DNA of 64,000 bases. It comes from an uncultured Oleiharenicola sp. Its GTDB lineage: Bacteria; Verrucomicrobiota; Verrucomicrobiia; Opitutales; Opitutaceae. How positions within the stretch are numbered: the stretch's first letter is position 1; each line of letters opens with the position of its first letter. The stretch spans positions 165-64,164 of the forward strand of contig CAZBLQ010000005.1 in the NCBI GenBank assembly GCA_964492635.1. Direction: 5' to 3'. The position numbers and the translations under genes are program-made. The notes below the pieces were generated by a model. The model was not told where the DNA came from, searched no databases, and worked only from the letters and a program-made list of their open reading frames with translations. Shown here in pieces: positions 26,873-37,812 of this stretch.

Positions 26873-27158
26873 TTTTGCGGAGGGGAGGCGAAACTCGGTG
26901 TGGACGGAGGAGACGACACAAGCACCGTGATTGAACGCCGCGCTTTCGTCAGCGCTACTCCCCGGGGCAAGCCCCAAGGATTCTTCGCGCGGCTTGCACA
27001 GCCCCGTTGGCACGGGGCTGGCCGGGCGGCGTCCTAATCTCATTGGGGAAACCCCGCAAGCTGCGAGAAATGTCCCAGCATTCAACCGGAGGATATCTCC
27101 TTGCAGAATCGGTTCATTTTCACTGGCCCTTTTCGTTGGAAGTCTCCGCCATACCTCG

Positions 27159-28124
27159 GTGAACAAATTCGCAGGGATTCTCGCGATTGCAGGCGCCCTC
27201 GGCGCGACGACGGCAATCTCCACCGCAGCGGAAGTGCCGGCCTGGGCTTATCCCGTGGTGGCGCCTAGTGGCCAGGCCGCTCCAGACGATGGGAGCGCAA
27301 AGCATGTTCCGGACAGCGCCGTCACTTTTACGCACAGCCAGATCACGGCGATCACCGGGCCGGTTCCGGACTGGCACCCCGATGAGCACCCGGCGATGCC
27401 CGCCATCGTGGCGAAAGGTCGCCCGCCGCAGGTGTTCGCCTGTGGCTATTGTCATCTGCCGACCGGTGCCGGCCGTCCGGAAAATGCCAGCCTCGCCGGC
27501 CTGACTCCACCCTATCTGAAACAGCAGATGATCGCCTTCCGGAATGGAGAGCGGCCCGGCGCGGAGCCCGGACGCCTGCCGCAAACCCTGATGATCGCGC
27601 TGGCGAAAGCGGCGACCGATGCCGAGATCGGCGAGGCGGCAGCTTACTTCGCATCCCTCAAGCCGGCGTCCTTTGTCAAGGTGGTCGAATCGGCGACCGT
27701 TCCCAAAACCGTCATTGCCGGCTGGATGCTGACCACCGCGCCGGCTGGCGGCACCGAGCCAATCGGCAACCGGATCATCGAAATGCCCGAAGACTTCGAG
27801 CGCACTGAAAACCGCGATTCGCGGACGCCGTACCTCGCCTATGTGCCGGTGGGCAGTCTGAAAAAAGGCGAGCGACTGGTCACCACCGGCGGAGAGGGCA
27901 GGACCGTGCAATGCGCCACTTGCCACGGCCCGGAGTTGAAAGGCCTCATCGATGTGCCCCGCCTGGCCGGTCGTTCGCCGAGCTACCTGATGCGCCAACT
28001 CTATGACCTGAAGAACGGCCTGAGGACGGGCGGAACCTCCGCATTGATGAAACCGGTCGTCGTCAACCTGACTGATGAAGACATGGTCTCCATCGTCGCC
28101 TACCTCGCCAGCCGCGAACCATGA
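27159..28124 (+). CDS. Di-haem c-type cytochrome (secreted).
   Basis: Two CxxCH sites, CGYCHL and CATCHG. The signal-like N-terminus VNKFAGILAIAGALGATTAISTAAE begins at in-frame GTG 27159. The upstream part of the track ORF is Arg/Pro-rich and unlikely to be coding. Confidence 0.8.
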   Translation: MNKFAGILAIAGALGATTAISTAAEVPAWAYPVVAPSGQAAPDDGSAKHVPDSAVTFTHSQITAITGPVPDWHPDEHPAMPAIVAKGRPPQVFACGYCHLPTGAGRPENASLAGLTPPYLKQQMIAFRNGERPGAEPGRLPQTLMIALAKAATDAEIGEAAAYFASLKPASFVKVVESATVPKTVIAGWMLTTAPAGGTEPIGNRIIEMPEDFERTENRDSRTPYLAYVPVGSLKKGERLVTTGGEGRTVQCATCHGPELKGLIDVPRLAGRSPSYLMRQLYDLKNGLRTGGTSALMKPVVVNLTDEDMVSIVAYLASREP

Positions 28125-28188
28125 TCATTGGCGCCAGGGATGCGCCAAGTGGATTCGGTGTCCGAGAAACCGGATCGTTTTCCCCGCC

Positions 28189-29499
<1,311 letters not shown>

Positions 29500-29631
29500 G
29501 CGGGGAATGGTTGAGGAGCTAAACGAAATGATGGTGCCGGGGGCCGCGCCAGACAAATTGGGCGACATGACAGACTTTCAGCTTCCGCCCTCCACGGCAG
29601 GAAATTCTGTCTGTGGACGTCACGAGCCCGC

Positions 29632-30600
29632 TCAAAGCGGCCGGCTGGGCCCAGCCGGTTCTGCGAAGGGCGTGAAATCGCGTCCCCCGTTGCTCAGCGC
29701 GGTGACGCGGGTGAACTCGGCGCCGAAAAAAACGATCTGCGCGGCGTAGTAGCACCACAGGAGCAGCACGAGCAGCGAGCCGGCCGCCCCGTAGGCAGAG
29801 GTCAGGCTCGCGCGCCCGAGGTAAAATCCCAGCATGGATTTTCCCACCGTGAACAGCAAAGCGGTCACCGCCGCCCCGATCCAGACATGTCGCATCTGCA
29901 CGCGTGTGTCGGGGAGCAACCGGAAGACCATGGCAAAAAGGACGGTCACGACGCCGATTGAAATCACGTTGTTTACGACTTGCAGGCCGAGCACCGGCAG
30001 ATCAAGGCGCTGCGCGGTCTGCGCCCCCAGCCAGCTCAGCATTGCACTGGCGACGAGCGACACGAGCAGGAGGAAACCGGTGACAATGACGGCGGCCAGA
30101 GAGAACAGACGGCCTTTGAGAAAGTGCCACCAGCCCTTCGCAGGCTTCGGGGGCACGCGCCAGATGGCATTGAGCGCATCCTGCAATTGGTTGAAGACCC
30201 CGAGGGTGCCAAAAATCAACGTGCCCGCGCCGAGCAGCGTGGCGAACATGCCGGAAGTGGTGGTCGCGGGACTATGCACGGCGGCCACCGCCGCGCTGGC
30301 CTGTGAGCCCGCCAGCCTTTCGATTTCACCAATGACTTGCTGCCGCGCCTCGCCCTCGCCGAACACGGTCCCCGCCATGGCAATCGCCAGCACCATGAGG
30401 GGCGCGACCGCCACGGTCGTGTAAAAGGCCAGCGCCGCCCCGAGCCGGATGATATTGTCAGAGGCAAACGCCTGCACCGTCCGCGCCAATATCCGGCCGG
30501 AGCGCCTGATGATGCTGACTTGCTCCACCGCTGCGGCCAGCACGCTCTCACCCTTGGGCAAGTGGTGGGACTTCGTTTGGCGGGCAGGGAGAGTGGACAT
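29632..30600 (-). CDS. YihY/BrkB family inner-membrane protein.
   Basis: AFASDNIIRLGAALAFYTTVAVAPLMVL, six hydrophobic segments, and LLLWCYYAAQIVFFGAEFT near the C-terminus. Confidence 0.85.
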   Translation of the reverse strand: MSTLPARQTKSHHLPKGESVLAAAVEQVSIIRRSGRILARTVQAFASDNIIRLGAALAFYTTVAVAPLMVLAIAMAGTVFGEGEARQQVIGEIERLAGSQASAAVAAVHSPATTTSGMFATLLGAGTLIFGTLGVFNQLQDALNAIWRVPPKPAKGWWHFLKGRLFSLAAVIVTGFLLLVSLVASAMLSWLGAQTAQRLDLPVLGLQVVNNVISIGVVTVLFAMVFRLLPDTRVQMRHVWIGAAVTALLFTVGKSMLGFYLGRASLTSAYGAAGSLLVLLLWCYYAAQIVFFGAEFTRVTALSNGGRDFTPFAEPAGPSRPL

Positions 30601-30689
30601 GGCGGGCGGGCGTCATGATCCGCCGGCAAAGCAGACGCGGCGGTCATGACAAAGGGGTGACGGGATCATCGGCGGGAGGGTTTCGGGTT

Positions 30690-31871
30690 TCATTTGTCTC
30701 TCCGTGTTTTCGGCGCTTGGTCGAGCGTGTTTACTGCCACATCGGTGCCGTTCGCGCTTTTTCCGCTGGGCAGTATGTTATCCGCGCGCACCGAGCCTTC
30801 GACCGTGGGATTGAACGCGCGAATGAATCCGTGCCGGAACAGATTAGTGATGGTGGCGAAGAGGCCGAATTTTGCGTCGCCGAACTTACCTTCAAACGGA
30901 ATGCGGGTGGCCACCTGGTCCCGCGGCTTGTTTTTCACCACCCACGCCAAGCCGGCCACGATGTGCTCCCAAACCCGCGAGCCGATCCCCTTGTCCTTGT
31001 CCTCGAGATTGTGGAAATCGAGATCCTCGAAAAACGGTTTCACGTAACCCTGGAAACCGCCGTCCCGACCCGCCATCTCGGCCACGAGGCGAAAGGTGCC
31101 CCGGCCCACGTCGACATTCGCGTAGGCCCGGAGCGATTCGTTCAACGCCGGCAGGTTCACATAATCGAGCTTCAGGCTGAGGTGAAAATGCGGCTCCGCC
31201 GCGAGTGGCTCCGCGACAAGAAAGAGTTTCAACTTTCCCGCGCCGAGGCTGTCGCCTTCGATGGTGATTTCCGCCGGGAACTCACCGCTCGCCACCTCGC
31301 CCGGTCGGTTGCGCAGGCCGGTGGCGGTCGCCCGCATGTGCGTGACGAACACATTCACATTCGGCTTCCGGGTGGTGTCGACGTAGCGCAAAAGACCGTC
31401 CGTGATTTCCAGATGGGTGATGTCGATAGGAAATATGTCCTGGATCACGTTCTGCCACCGGCGATCCAGGTCGGTCTGGCTCTCCTCCGCACTCGCTCCT
31501 TTCACAAAATTCAGTTGGCCGTGATCGATATGGATGTTGCTGACGATTTTGCGGCGCCACAGTTCGCCCCAGGCGAGGGAAAAGTTGATTTCCTTCGCGA
31601 TGAAAAACGGCTCCTGCACCCGGCCATTCTGCCGGAGGATGGTGAACCCGTGCAGGGTGTAGGCGCCGCGCCAGAGATGGAGGTCGATGTCTTTGACCGA
31701 GCCGGTGTAGTCGGGGATCCGCTGCAGCCGGTCGTTGACCAGGCGCTTTACCACCAGCGGGAGCGCCATCCGTCCCGCCAGCAGGAGCCCGGCGGCCACG
31801 GCGACGATGATGACAACGCGGCGTGGCCAGGAACGGACGCGACGGATTAGATGCGAGTTTCGGGCCGGCAT
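30690..31871 (-). CDS. DUF748 (AsmA-like) membrane-anchored protein.
   Basis: N-terminal anchor RRVVIIVAVAAGLLLAG, followed by VKRLVNDRLQRIPDYTGSVKDIDLHLWRGAYTLHGFTI, which is typical of DUF748 proteins. Confidence 0.7.
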   Translation of the reverse strand: MPARNSHLIRRVRSWPRRVVIIVAVAAGLLLAGRMALPLVVKRLVNDRLQRIPDYTGSVKDIDLHLWRGAYTLHGFTILRQNGRVQEPFFIAKEINFSLAWGELWRRKIVSNIHIDHGQLNFVKGASAEESQTDLDRRWQNVIQDIFPIDITHLEITDGLLRYVDTTRKPNVNVFVTHMRATATGLRNRPGEVASGEFPAEITIEGDSLGAGKLKLFLVAEPLAAEPHFHLSLKLDYVNLPALNESLRAYANVDVGRGTFRLVAEMAGRDGGFQGYVKPFFEDLDFHNLEDKDKGIGSRVWEHIVAGLAWVVKNKPRDQVATRIPFEGKFGDAKFGLFATITNLFRHGFIRAFNPTVEGSVRADNILPSGKSANGTDVAVNTLDQAPKTRRDK

Positions 31872-31939
31872 GCAGGATGGACCATACGCAGCGTGGGCCT
31901 GTGCCGCTATAGGGCGTTGGCCTACCCGCGTTCGGCAAA

Positions 31940-33214
31940 TCAGGGCGGCGCAGCAACGCCTTCAGTCTGCTCGGGGCTGTTTTCCGCCTGCACCTTTTCG
32001 GCCTCGCCTTCATCTTTTTTACGGTCTCCCGAAATTTCCACGGCGATGGCGGCAGACTTTTCCGCGGTCATGCTTTCCGTCCGGCGCTCGTATTCCAGCT
32101 CGCCGCGATCATCCTCCTGGCGCTGGGCCAGGTCCTCGGGCTGCATCGTTTCACCCGGCAGTTCGACCCGCAGCTCCTCGACCAGCATCAGCACCGCGGC
32201 GGCGATGGGGAGCGCGAGGAGGGCGCCGACAATCCCCGCCAGGGCCGTCCCCATGATGAGCGAGAAAAACACCACCGAGGAAGGCAGGCGCAGGGCGCGG
32301 CCATAAACGAGCGGCACCAGGACGCGGCTTTCGAGTTCCTCATACGCCAGCATCAGCGTAAACACGATGCCGGCGATGGCCGGGCCCTTCATGGCTGCAG
32401 CCAGCACGGCCGGAGCCATGGTGAGAAAGATCCCAATGTAAGGCAGCAGATCCATGGCACTCCCGAAAACCGCGATCGCTAGGGCGTTGGGCACCCGGCA
32501 CGCCAGCAACAGGACGAGAATGAACCCGCCCATGAGGAGGCAGGTAAGCACCTGGCCGCGAATGTAGCCGCCGACAATCGTCCCGAGATTGAGGAGGATG
32601 CGCGAGAGCCGGATGTGATGCGAGCGGGGAACCACGGCAAACAACGCCCCGCGCAACCGGTCGCGGTCTATCTGCATGTAGAAGGCGAGGAAAATTGCCG
32701 CGACGCCATAGGCCAGGATCTCGAACAGGCGCGTGCTCAGTGTGAGCAGGCTCGTTTGGGATGATTTCAACAAATCCGCGTAACTCACATCCCGGAGACT
32801 GTCGGCGAGGGTGGCTGTAATCGGTGACCGTTCCAGATAGCCGGCAAGCTTCTCCCTGATTTCGGGCTCATGCTCGACGACGTTCCTCGCCTGCGCGATC
32901 ACCGTCGGAACCGTGAGTATGGCAAAGGTGATGGCCACGGCCAGGCCGATTCCAAATACAATGAAGATGGCGGTGATCCGGCCCACTTTTCGCTGCTCAA
33001 GCCACGTGACCAGAGGATTCAGGGCACCGACCAGCATCAGCGCCGTCACCAGGACCAGCAGAACCGGCAGAAGGTTGAGCAGCATCCACACGCCCGCACT
33101 CACCGCGAGGACGATGAACAACGACTTCAACGAAAGTTCAAACCGCACGACCGTGGGCCCGCCGCCTATCGTAGGCGGACGTTTGCTTTCCGTCTGGGAG
33201 GCGGTCGCATTCAT
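31940..33214 (-). CDS. AI-2E family transporter (PerM/UPF0118) with an acidic C-terminal tail.
   Basis: About 8 TM segments. It has GALFAVVP..H and LDLLPYIGIFL patterns, and the tail EDDRGELEYERR..KKDEGEAEK. The start is taken at ATG 33214. Confidence 0.86.
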   Translation of the reverse strand: MNATASQTESKRPPTIGGGPTVVRFELSLKSLFIVLAVSAGVWMLLNLLPVLLVLVTALMLVGALNPLVTWLEQRKVGRITAIFIVFGIGLAVAITFAILTVPTVIAQARNVVEHEPEIREKLAGYLERSPITATLADSLRDVSYADLLKSSQTSLLTLSTRLFEILAYGVAAIFLAFYMQIDRDRLRGALFAVVPRSHHIRLSRILLNLGTIVGGYIRGQVLTCLLMGGFILVLLLACRVPNALAIAVFGSAMDLLPYIGIFLTMAPAVLAAAMKGPAIAGIVFTLMLAYEELESRVLVPLVYGRALRLPSSVVFFSLIMGTALAGIVGALLALPIAAAVLMLVEELRVELPGETMQPEDLAQRQEDDRGELEYERRTESMTAEKSAAIAVEISGDRKKDEGEAEKVQAENSPEQTEGVAAPP

Positions 33215-33504
33215 GGAACGTCCGGTCCGGCGCCCCGGCGCGCGTCCGGGAGCAGAGGGGCACATTGATCGTGACCAGGAGGTTGTTGGATCATTCCCTT
33301 CTTTGACCCGCTTGGCCTGCCTAGGTCCCCGTAATCAGCGAAACGGCGTTTTGGCTGGGTGGCCCTGGGCCGGTGGTTCGCCGAGCTTGCTCAACCGAGC
33401 CATTATTGCCTAAATCATTCCACCGTTAACGGTCCGGTTTCGCGACGGTGCTTCGCCCTGGCGACCGGGTCGGTTGGAAATTTACCTCGCAATTGAGAAA
33501 CCCC

Positions 33505-34500
33505 ATGAGCCGCCTCCTGACCGTCCTCTGCGTCCTGCTCGCCCTCTGCCCTCGCGTAGCCATGGCCTCGGTGCCCAAGCCTTCGCCTCTCCCGGTCGAG
33601 ACCACGCTGCAATTCGACCATCCGCCCCGTCCCGGGGAGAAAGTGGATCTCAGCTATGAGGTCACGGCCGTGTCAGAGGTTCACGGCCTGGCGATCGAGT
33701 TGCACCTCCTGAGTCCGCAGACTCGTCCCACCGAGTGGCTCGATGGTTTGACCAGCGAGGCCAATGTGCTGGCCGCACCGGTGCCGTGGAAGGGGGATCT
33801 CGCGGCCGGTGCCCACGCGACCATCAAGGCCAGCTTGATTCTCCCTGTGACCGGCGTGTACCACATGCAAGGCTTTGTATCAGGCAAGGGCGTGACCGTT
33901 GTGGGTGCTGGCAAGGCTGACCCGCTGGGCTACTACGACGCCACGAATGATCTCTGGGTTCGCGTCGGCTCGACGCAGACCGTCCTCACGACAGGCGGGA
34001 GCATCGCCTGGACGCGCCAATGGAACAGCACCAGTTCTACGATGCACGCCGAGGACCGCCCCGATTCACCGGTCATGCTTTCACTTGCCTTCGAAAAGCT
34101 GCCGACCCTGGCGACCGAGGGCGTGCTTCTCGTCAGGCTGGAAGCCCGCGAGGAAGTGCCGGGGCTTGCACTCGACCTCGAAATGCCGGCCCCAGGTCTG
34201 GAGGTCTCGACCGTTGCGCCGCCGGTAACCCGTGGACCAGCCGGGGCTGTTTCCGTCGAGCCCGGTGGCGCCACGTTCGATGTCCGCTGGACCGGCGGGC
34301 TCCAGAAAGGCGAGACGACGACCTTGCGTGTGCCCTTGCGGGTCCGGAAAGCCGGATGGGACGTCCTGGGACTCTACGTCAATGGAAACCGCGCCGGCGG
34401 CCTGCCGGGCTGGACGACGCACAAGGAGATGCTGTTGGTGGTCGATGACGTGGTGTCGGCGGCCCGCGAGAGGTTACGGGAGACTCCGCGAAAAAATTGA
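33505..34500 (+). CDS. Secreted hypothetical protein with two similar beta-sandwich-like halves.
   Basis: Signal peptide MSRLLTVLCVLLALCPRVAMA. An internal duplication is visible (see findings). Confidence 0.62.
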   Translation: MSRLLTVLCVLLALCPRVAMASVPKPSPLPVETTLQFDHPPRPGEKVDLSYEVTAVSEVHGLAIELHLLSPQTRPTEWLDGLTSEANVLAAPVPWKGDLAAGAHATIKASLILPVTGVYHMQGFVSGKGVTVVGAGKADPLGYYDATNDLWVRVGSTQTVLTTGGSIAWTRQWNSTSSTMHAEDRPDSPVMLSLAFEKLPTLATEGVLLVRLEAREEVPGLALDLEMPAPGLEVSTVAPPVTRGPAGAVSVEPGGATFDVRWTGGLQKGETTTLRVPLRVRKAGWDVLGLYVNGNRAGGLPGWTTHKEMLLVVDDVVSAARERLRETPRKN

Positions 34501-34570
34501 TTCGGCTTACGCTGGGTCGATCCGGCTGGCCAGAACCGGCACCAGTTGTCCGGTTCAAAGGATCAGGTCC

Positions 34571-34590
34571 TGAAACCAGACATGGTTTCA
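34571..34590. terminator. Perfect 8-bp hairpin between convergent genes.
   Basis: TGAAACCA-GACA-TGGTTTCA. It overlaps the DUF899 stop codon (34588-34590). Confidence 0.4.
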
Positions 34591-35325
34591 CCGTCGGGTC
34601 CGGTATTTGTCGTGGTAACGCACCCAATCCTGAGCCTGTTCAGGATCTTCATCGCGCCCCTTGGCCGTCAGGTCCAGAAAATGGTAAGTGGTGTTAACGA
34701 TCTCGATCCCACGCGCGAAGGTTGAATAGGTATGATAGATCGCGCCGCCCCGGTCCCGGTAGAAGGTGCTGATGCCTTCGCGGTCCTCGATGTCCATGCC
34801 GAGGTCCGCGTAATTGTACACCGCCTTTCCCGCCCGGATGTCCTCCGGCGTGAACGAGACATGAAAGTCGTAGTTGAAATCGTTCCGGCCCGAAGACACC
34901 CACTTGAAATTCCATCCCATCCGGCGCTTGAAACGGGCGAGCTTATTGAACGGGGCCCGCGAGATCACCACCAGCGTCGTGTCCCGGTGGGGCAGATGGA
35001 GGCCGGCGCTGTCGAAATGGTCGGCCCAGAACGAGCAGTGCGGGCAGCCCGCGGGGTCGTCCGGGCCGAACATGAAATGGTAGACAATGAGCTGGCGCTT
35101 GCCGGCGAAAAGTTCCGCCAGCGTTTCCCGGCCGGCGGGACCGTCGAAGACGTATTCCTTTTCCACTCTCGTCCAGGGCAGTGCCCGCCGTTTTTGCTTC
35201 AGACGGTCATGGAGACGGGAAAATTTCTTTTCCTCCACCAGAAGCGCCTTGCGGGCCGCGAGCCATTTTTTCGGCGAGACGACCTTGTGTTCCCTGGCGC
35301 CGGTGCGGGTGATTAGTTTGGCCAT
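34588..35325 (-). CDS. DUF899 thioredoxin-like protein.
   Basis: From ATG 35325: MAKLITRTGAREHKVVSPKKWLAARKALLVEEKKFSRLHDRLKQKRRALPW ... QLIVYHFMFGPDDPAGCPHCSFWADHF. The 165-codon upstream extension in the track is Arg/Pro-rich and overlaps the next gene. Confidence 0.85.
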   Translation of the reverse strand: MAKLITRTGAREHKVVSPKKWLAARKALLVEEKKFSRLHDRLKQKRRALPWTRVEKEYVFDGPAGRETLAELFAGKRQLIVYHFMFGPDDPAGCPHCSFWADHFDSAGLHLPHRDTTLVVISRAPFNKLARFKRRMGWNFKWVSSGRNDFNYDFHVSFTPEDIRAGKAVYNYADLGMDIEDREGISTFYRDRGGAIYHTYSTFARGIEIVNTTYHFLDLTAKGRDEDPEQAQDWVRYHDKYRTRR

Positions 35326-35486
35326 GGCAATTACGTGGACTGGGGTTAAGGGGCAGGGTGGTGGCCGGAAACTGGATTTCTCCGGTGAATAGTTCAAGAC
35401 TTCAGCGCGAGCGGTGGCGCAAAGCTTGCAGAGCCGAGCTGGGGTGGGCCATGGTTCACCGGTACCGAATGCGCAGTGTTGCCTCC

Positions 35487-36308
35487 ATGGCTCACGACAA
35501 TCCGCCTCCCTCCGTCCGGGGGAAGCGCCGGTGGCGTGCGCTCCACCGCGGCTGGAACATGGCGCTGCTGCTCTTTCTGCCGGCCACCTGTCTAGTTGCC
35601 GCGACCCCTCCGCCGGCCGAGCTGCTGCGTCAGGCGACCGCGGCCGAGGCACGTTTCGACACGAAGACCGCGCTGGCGTTGTTCCTGCAGGCTGATGCCG
35701 CGCAGCCGGGCGACGCCGCCATCCAGCAAAAAATTTCTCGTCAATACTCGGACCTTGCTCTCGATACGCCCGATGCGGCCGGGCAAAAACGCCTTTGCAC
35801 CGAGGCGCTCCACTACTCACAGCGGGCCGTGGAGTTGCAACCGGCCAATGCCATCAACCTCGTTTCCCTCGCCATCTCCTACGGCAAACTCGGCGAGTTG
35901 TGCGACACGCGCACCGAAGTGAATTATTCCCGCCTGGTGAAACAATATGCCGAACGGGCTCTGGCCGTCGACCCAGATTGCGACTATGCCCATCATGTGC
36001 TGGGCCGCTGGCATTACGCGGTCGCATCGCTCGACAGTGCCAGCCGGTTTATTGCCTGGCTTGTTTATGGCGGTCTGCCCGGCGCCTCAACCGCCGAGGC
36101 GGTGCGGCATTTGCGGCGGGCCGTGGAACTCGCCCCCGGCCTTCCCGGACATCAACTGGAACTGGGCTTCGCCCTGCTGGCGGACGGCCAGCGCCGTGCG
36201 GCCCGCATCGCGTTCGAACAGGGCCTCGCGATGCCCCAACGCGAAAAATACGAGGTTGAAGTCCGGGAGCGGGCCCGGGCCGAGCTCGCCAAGCTGGGAA
36301 GCGATTGA
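35487..36308 (+). CDS. TPR-like helical-repeat protein (secreted or anchored).
   Basis: Hydrophobic N-terminus MALLLFLPATCLVAATPP (alternative start at 35559), then helical repeats ending HHVLGRWHYAVASL..EAVRHLRRAVELAPGLPGHQLELGFALL. The start is uncertain. Confidence 0.6.
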   Translation: MAHDNPPPSVRGKRRWRALHRGWNMALLLFLPATCLVAATPPPAELLRQATAAEARFDTKTALALFLQADAAQPGDAAIQQKISRQYSDLALDTPDAAGQKRLCTEALHYSQRAVELQPANAINLVSLAISYGKLGELCDTRTEVNYSRLVKQYAERALAVDPDCDYAHHVLGRWHYAVASLDSASRFIAWLVYGGLPGASTAEAVRHLRRAVELAPGLPGHQLELGFALLADGQRRAARIAFEQGLAMPQREKYEVEVRERARAELAKLGSD

Positions 36309-36390
36309 CTCGTTGGCCCGGTCAAGCACATCATCGAGTTCCCGTTACGCCCCACCATCCAGAAAAGCAGCCAGGTGCTGCCCAATAAAC

Positions 36391-36945
36391 ATGAACCGTT
36401 ATCCCGCCATCGTTTTGTCGACGATTTTGTCGGCACTCCCCGTCCTGTTATTCCCCCGCGATCTGACGCCGGAAGAGCAGTCGTTTTTCGCCAAGCATAC
36501 GCCGGACCTGGTGCGGTTCGAGACCCAGAAGCTGGATGACCCTGCGTTCGTCAATGTGTTTTCAGCGCCCTTCTACACCGTCAAGGTGGTTCTCAAGTAT
36601 GCAGACGGCGAGCAATCCAGCGATTTGGTCGCCGCGCGCGTCGGGGACAACCTCGTGAGCGTGAGTCGGCCGAGTTCGGACGCCGACCTGCCGGACTTTC
36701 AGAAGATGCTCAACCCAGATTTCAAGCTGCGCACCGATGGGGACGCGAAGAAGCTGCAGCAGGCGCTCGACGCGGCTTACCCGATAATCTCGGATAGTGA
36801 CAAGAAGTCAGAAACTTTCCGCCACACCGGCCACACCTGGACTTTTGTCCGCGGCGATTTCTTCGACAGCAAATTGGGCTACATCTTCGAGACCGACGCG
36901 GGCGGTACGATCAAGTCAATCAAGTTCCAGTTGAAGCTTCCCTGA
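36391..36945 (+). CDS. Hypothetical secreted protein.
   Basis: ATG 36391. Signal-like MNRYPAIVLSTILSALPVLLF with balanced composition. The upstream part of the 35947 ORF overlaps the previous gene out of frame. Confidence 0.55.
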   Translation: MNRYPAIVLSTILSALPVLLFPRDLTPEEQSFFAKHTPDLVRFETQKLDDPAFVNVFSAPFYTVKVVLKYADGEQSSDLVAARVGDNLVSVSRPSSDADLPDFQKMLNPDFKLRTDGDAKKLQQALDAAYPIISDSDKKSETFRHTGHTWTFVRGDFFDSKLGYIFETDAGGTIKSIKFQLKLP

Positions 36946-37107
36946 TTGCCTGCCCCGGTCCCGTGCGGCTGCTTTGCAGCCGTTGCCGGGACGAACACCG
37001 GGATGCGGTCAAACGGGAACAATGCAGCTTTCGCCGCCTCGGCTCGCGCGGACCGGTAGGTCTGGGTCGGCGCCAGTTGGTCGTTTCACCGTTTCTTTTC
37101 GGCAGGC

Positions 37108-37650
37108 TTATTTGCTGTAATCATCAAGCGCTTCGGCGTTCAGCAGCTCCTTCATCTCCGTGTTGCGTCGCTTTTGCTCGGTGTCCTCGTACAGCGCCAT
37201 TGCCTCCGGATTGTTGGGCTGCCAACCGCCCATGGGATTTATGAACAGCGAGGCCACCGCTTCCACCAGTCCGAATGTCTTTTGATAAGCCGGCGTGAGA
37301 TAGGTTTTCTTCGCCAGATCGAGCCGACCTTTTGGCGACAGCACCTCCCGCTCCTTGAATGGGACGCGTTTCCCCGTCACGGTGTATTTCGGCAGTAGAA
37401 GCACGTCATCCGAGGATGCATTTGTGCTGCCATTTTCACCGACCGGAGGAACTGCGTTGGCGGCAGCGACCGCCACGTCATGCGCGTGCTGGTCAAACGC
37501 GAATCCCAGCCGGGCGAGTTTCTTGTCCTGGTCTTCGTCCGCGCCCAGCGTTCCGATCCAGAGGCTCCCCATCAAACCGAACGCCATTCCGGGCCACCGC
37601 GTCACAAAACGACCGCGCTTGAAGAACCTCAGAGGAAAAGGTGCGCGCAT
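37108..37650 (-). CDS. Hypothetical protein.
   Basis: ATG 37650. The composition is normal and there is a hydrophobic N-terminal stretch. No family was recognised. Confidence 0.5.
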   Translation of the reverse strand: MRAPFPLRFFKRGRFVTRWPGMAFGLMGSLWIGTLGADEDQDKKLARLGFAFDQHAHDVAVAAANAVPPVGENGSTNASSDDVLLLPKYTVTGKRVPFKEREVLSPKGRLDLAKKTYLTPAYQKTFGLVEAVASLFINPMGGWQPNNPEAMALYEDTEQKRRNTEMKELLNAEALDDYSK

Positions 37651-37812
37651 GGTCAATCGGATCACGGGCAAGGGTGGGGCTGCCAAATCGGATCATACCC
37701 CAGTATCGTTGTTCCGGCAAGGCTCCCTCCGACTGTCTGTCTATCCCGGTTTTTGACAACCTGCGGGCGGCACATCCCCTTTGACACAACGCAGTCAACC
37801 CCGCTTGCCCCG

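Noticed and set aside
24950-27223. 757-aa minus-strand ORF, the longest unexplained ORF in the track.
   Set aside because: It lies exactly antisense to the TPR repeat array, whose biased and repetitive codon usage removes stops on the opposite strand. The product is Arg/Gly/Pro-rich with no motifs. It is periodic only because the sense strand is.
29500-29631. Possible SAM-type riboswitch in the 132-nt leader of metY.
   Set aside because: I could draw only a short ACAGAC/GTCTGT stem. I recognised no S-box, SAM-II or SAM-SAH consensus features. An Infernal scan would be needed to revisit this.
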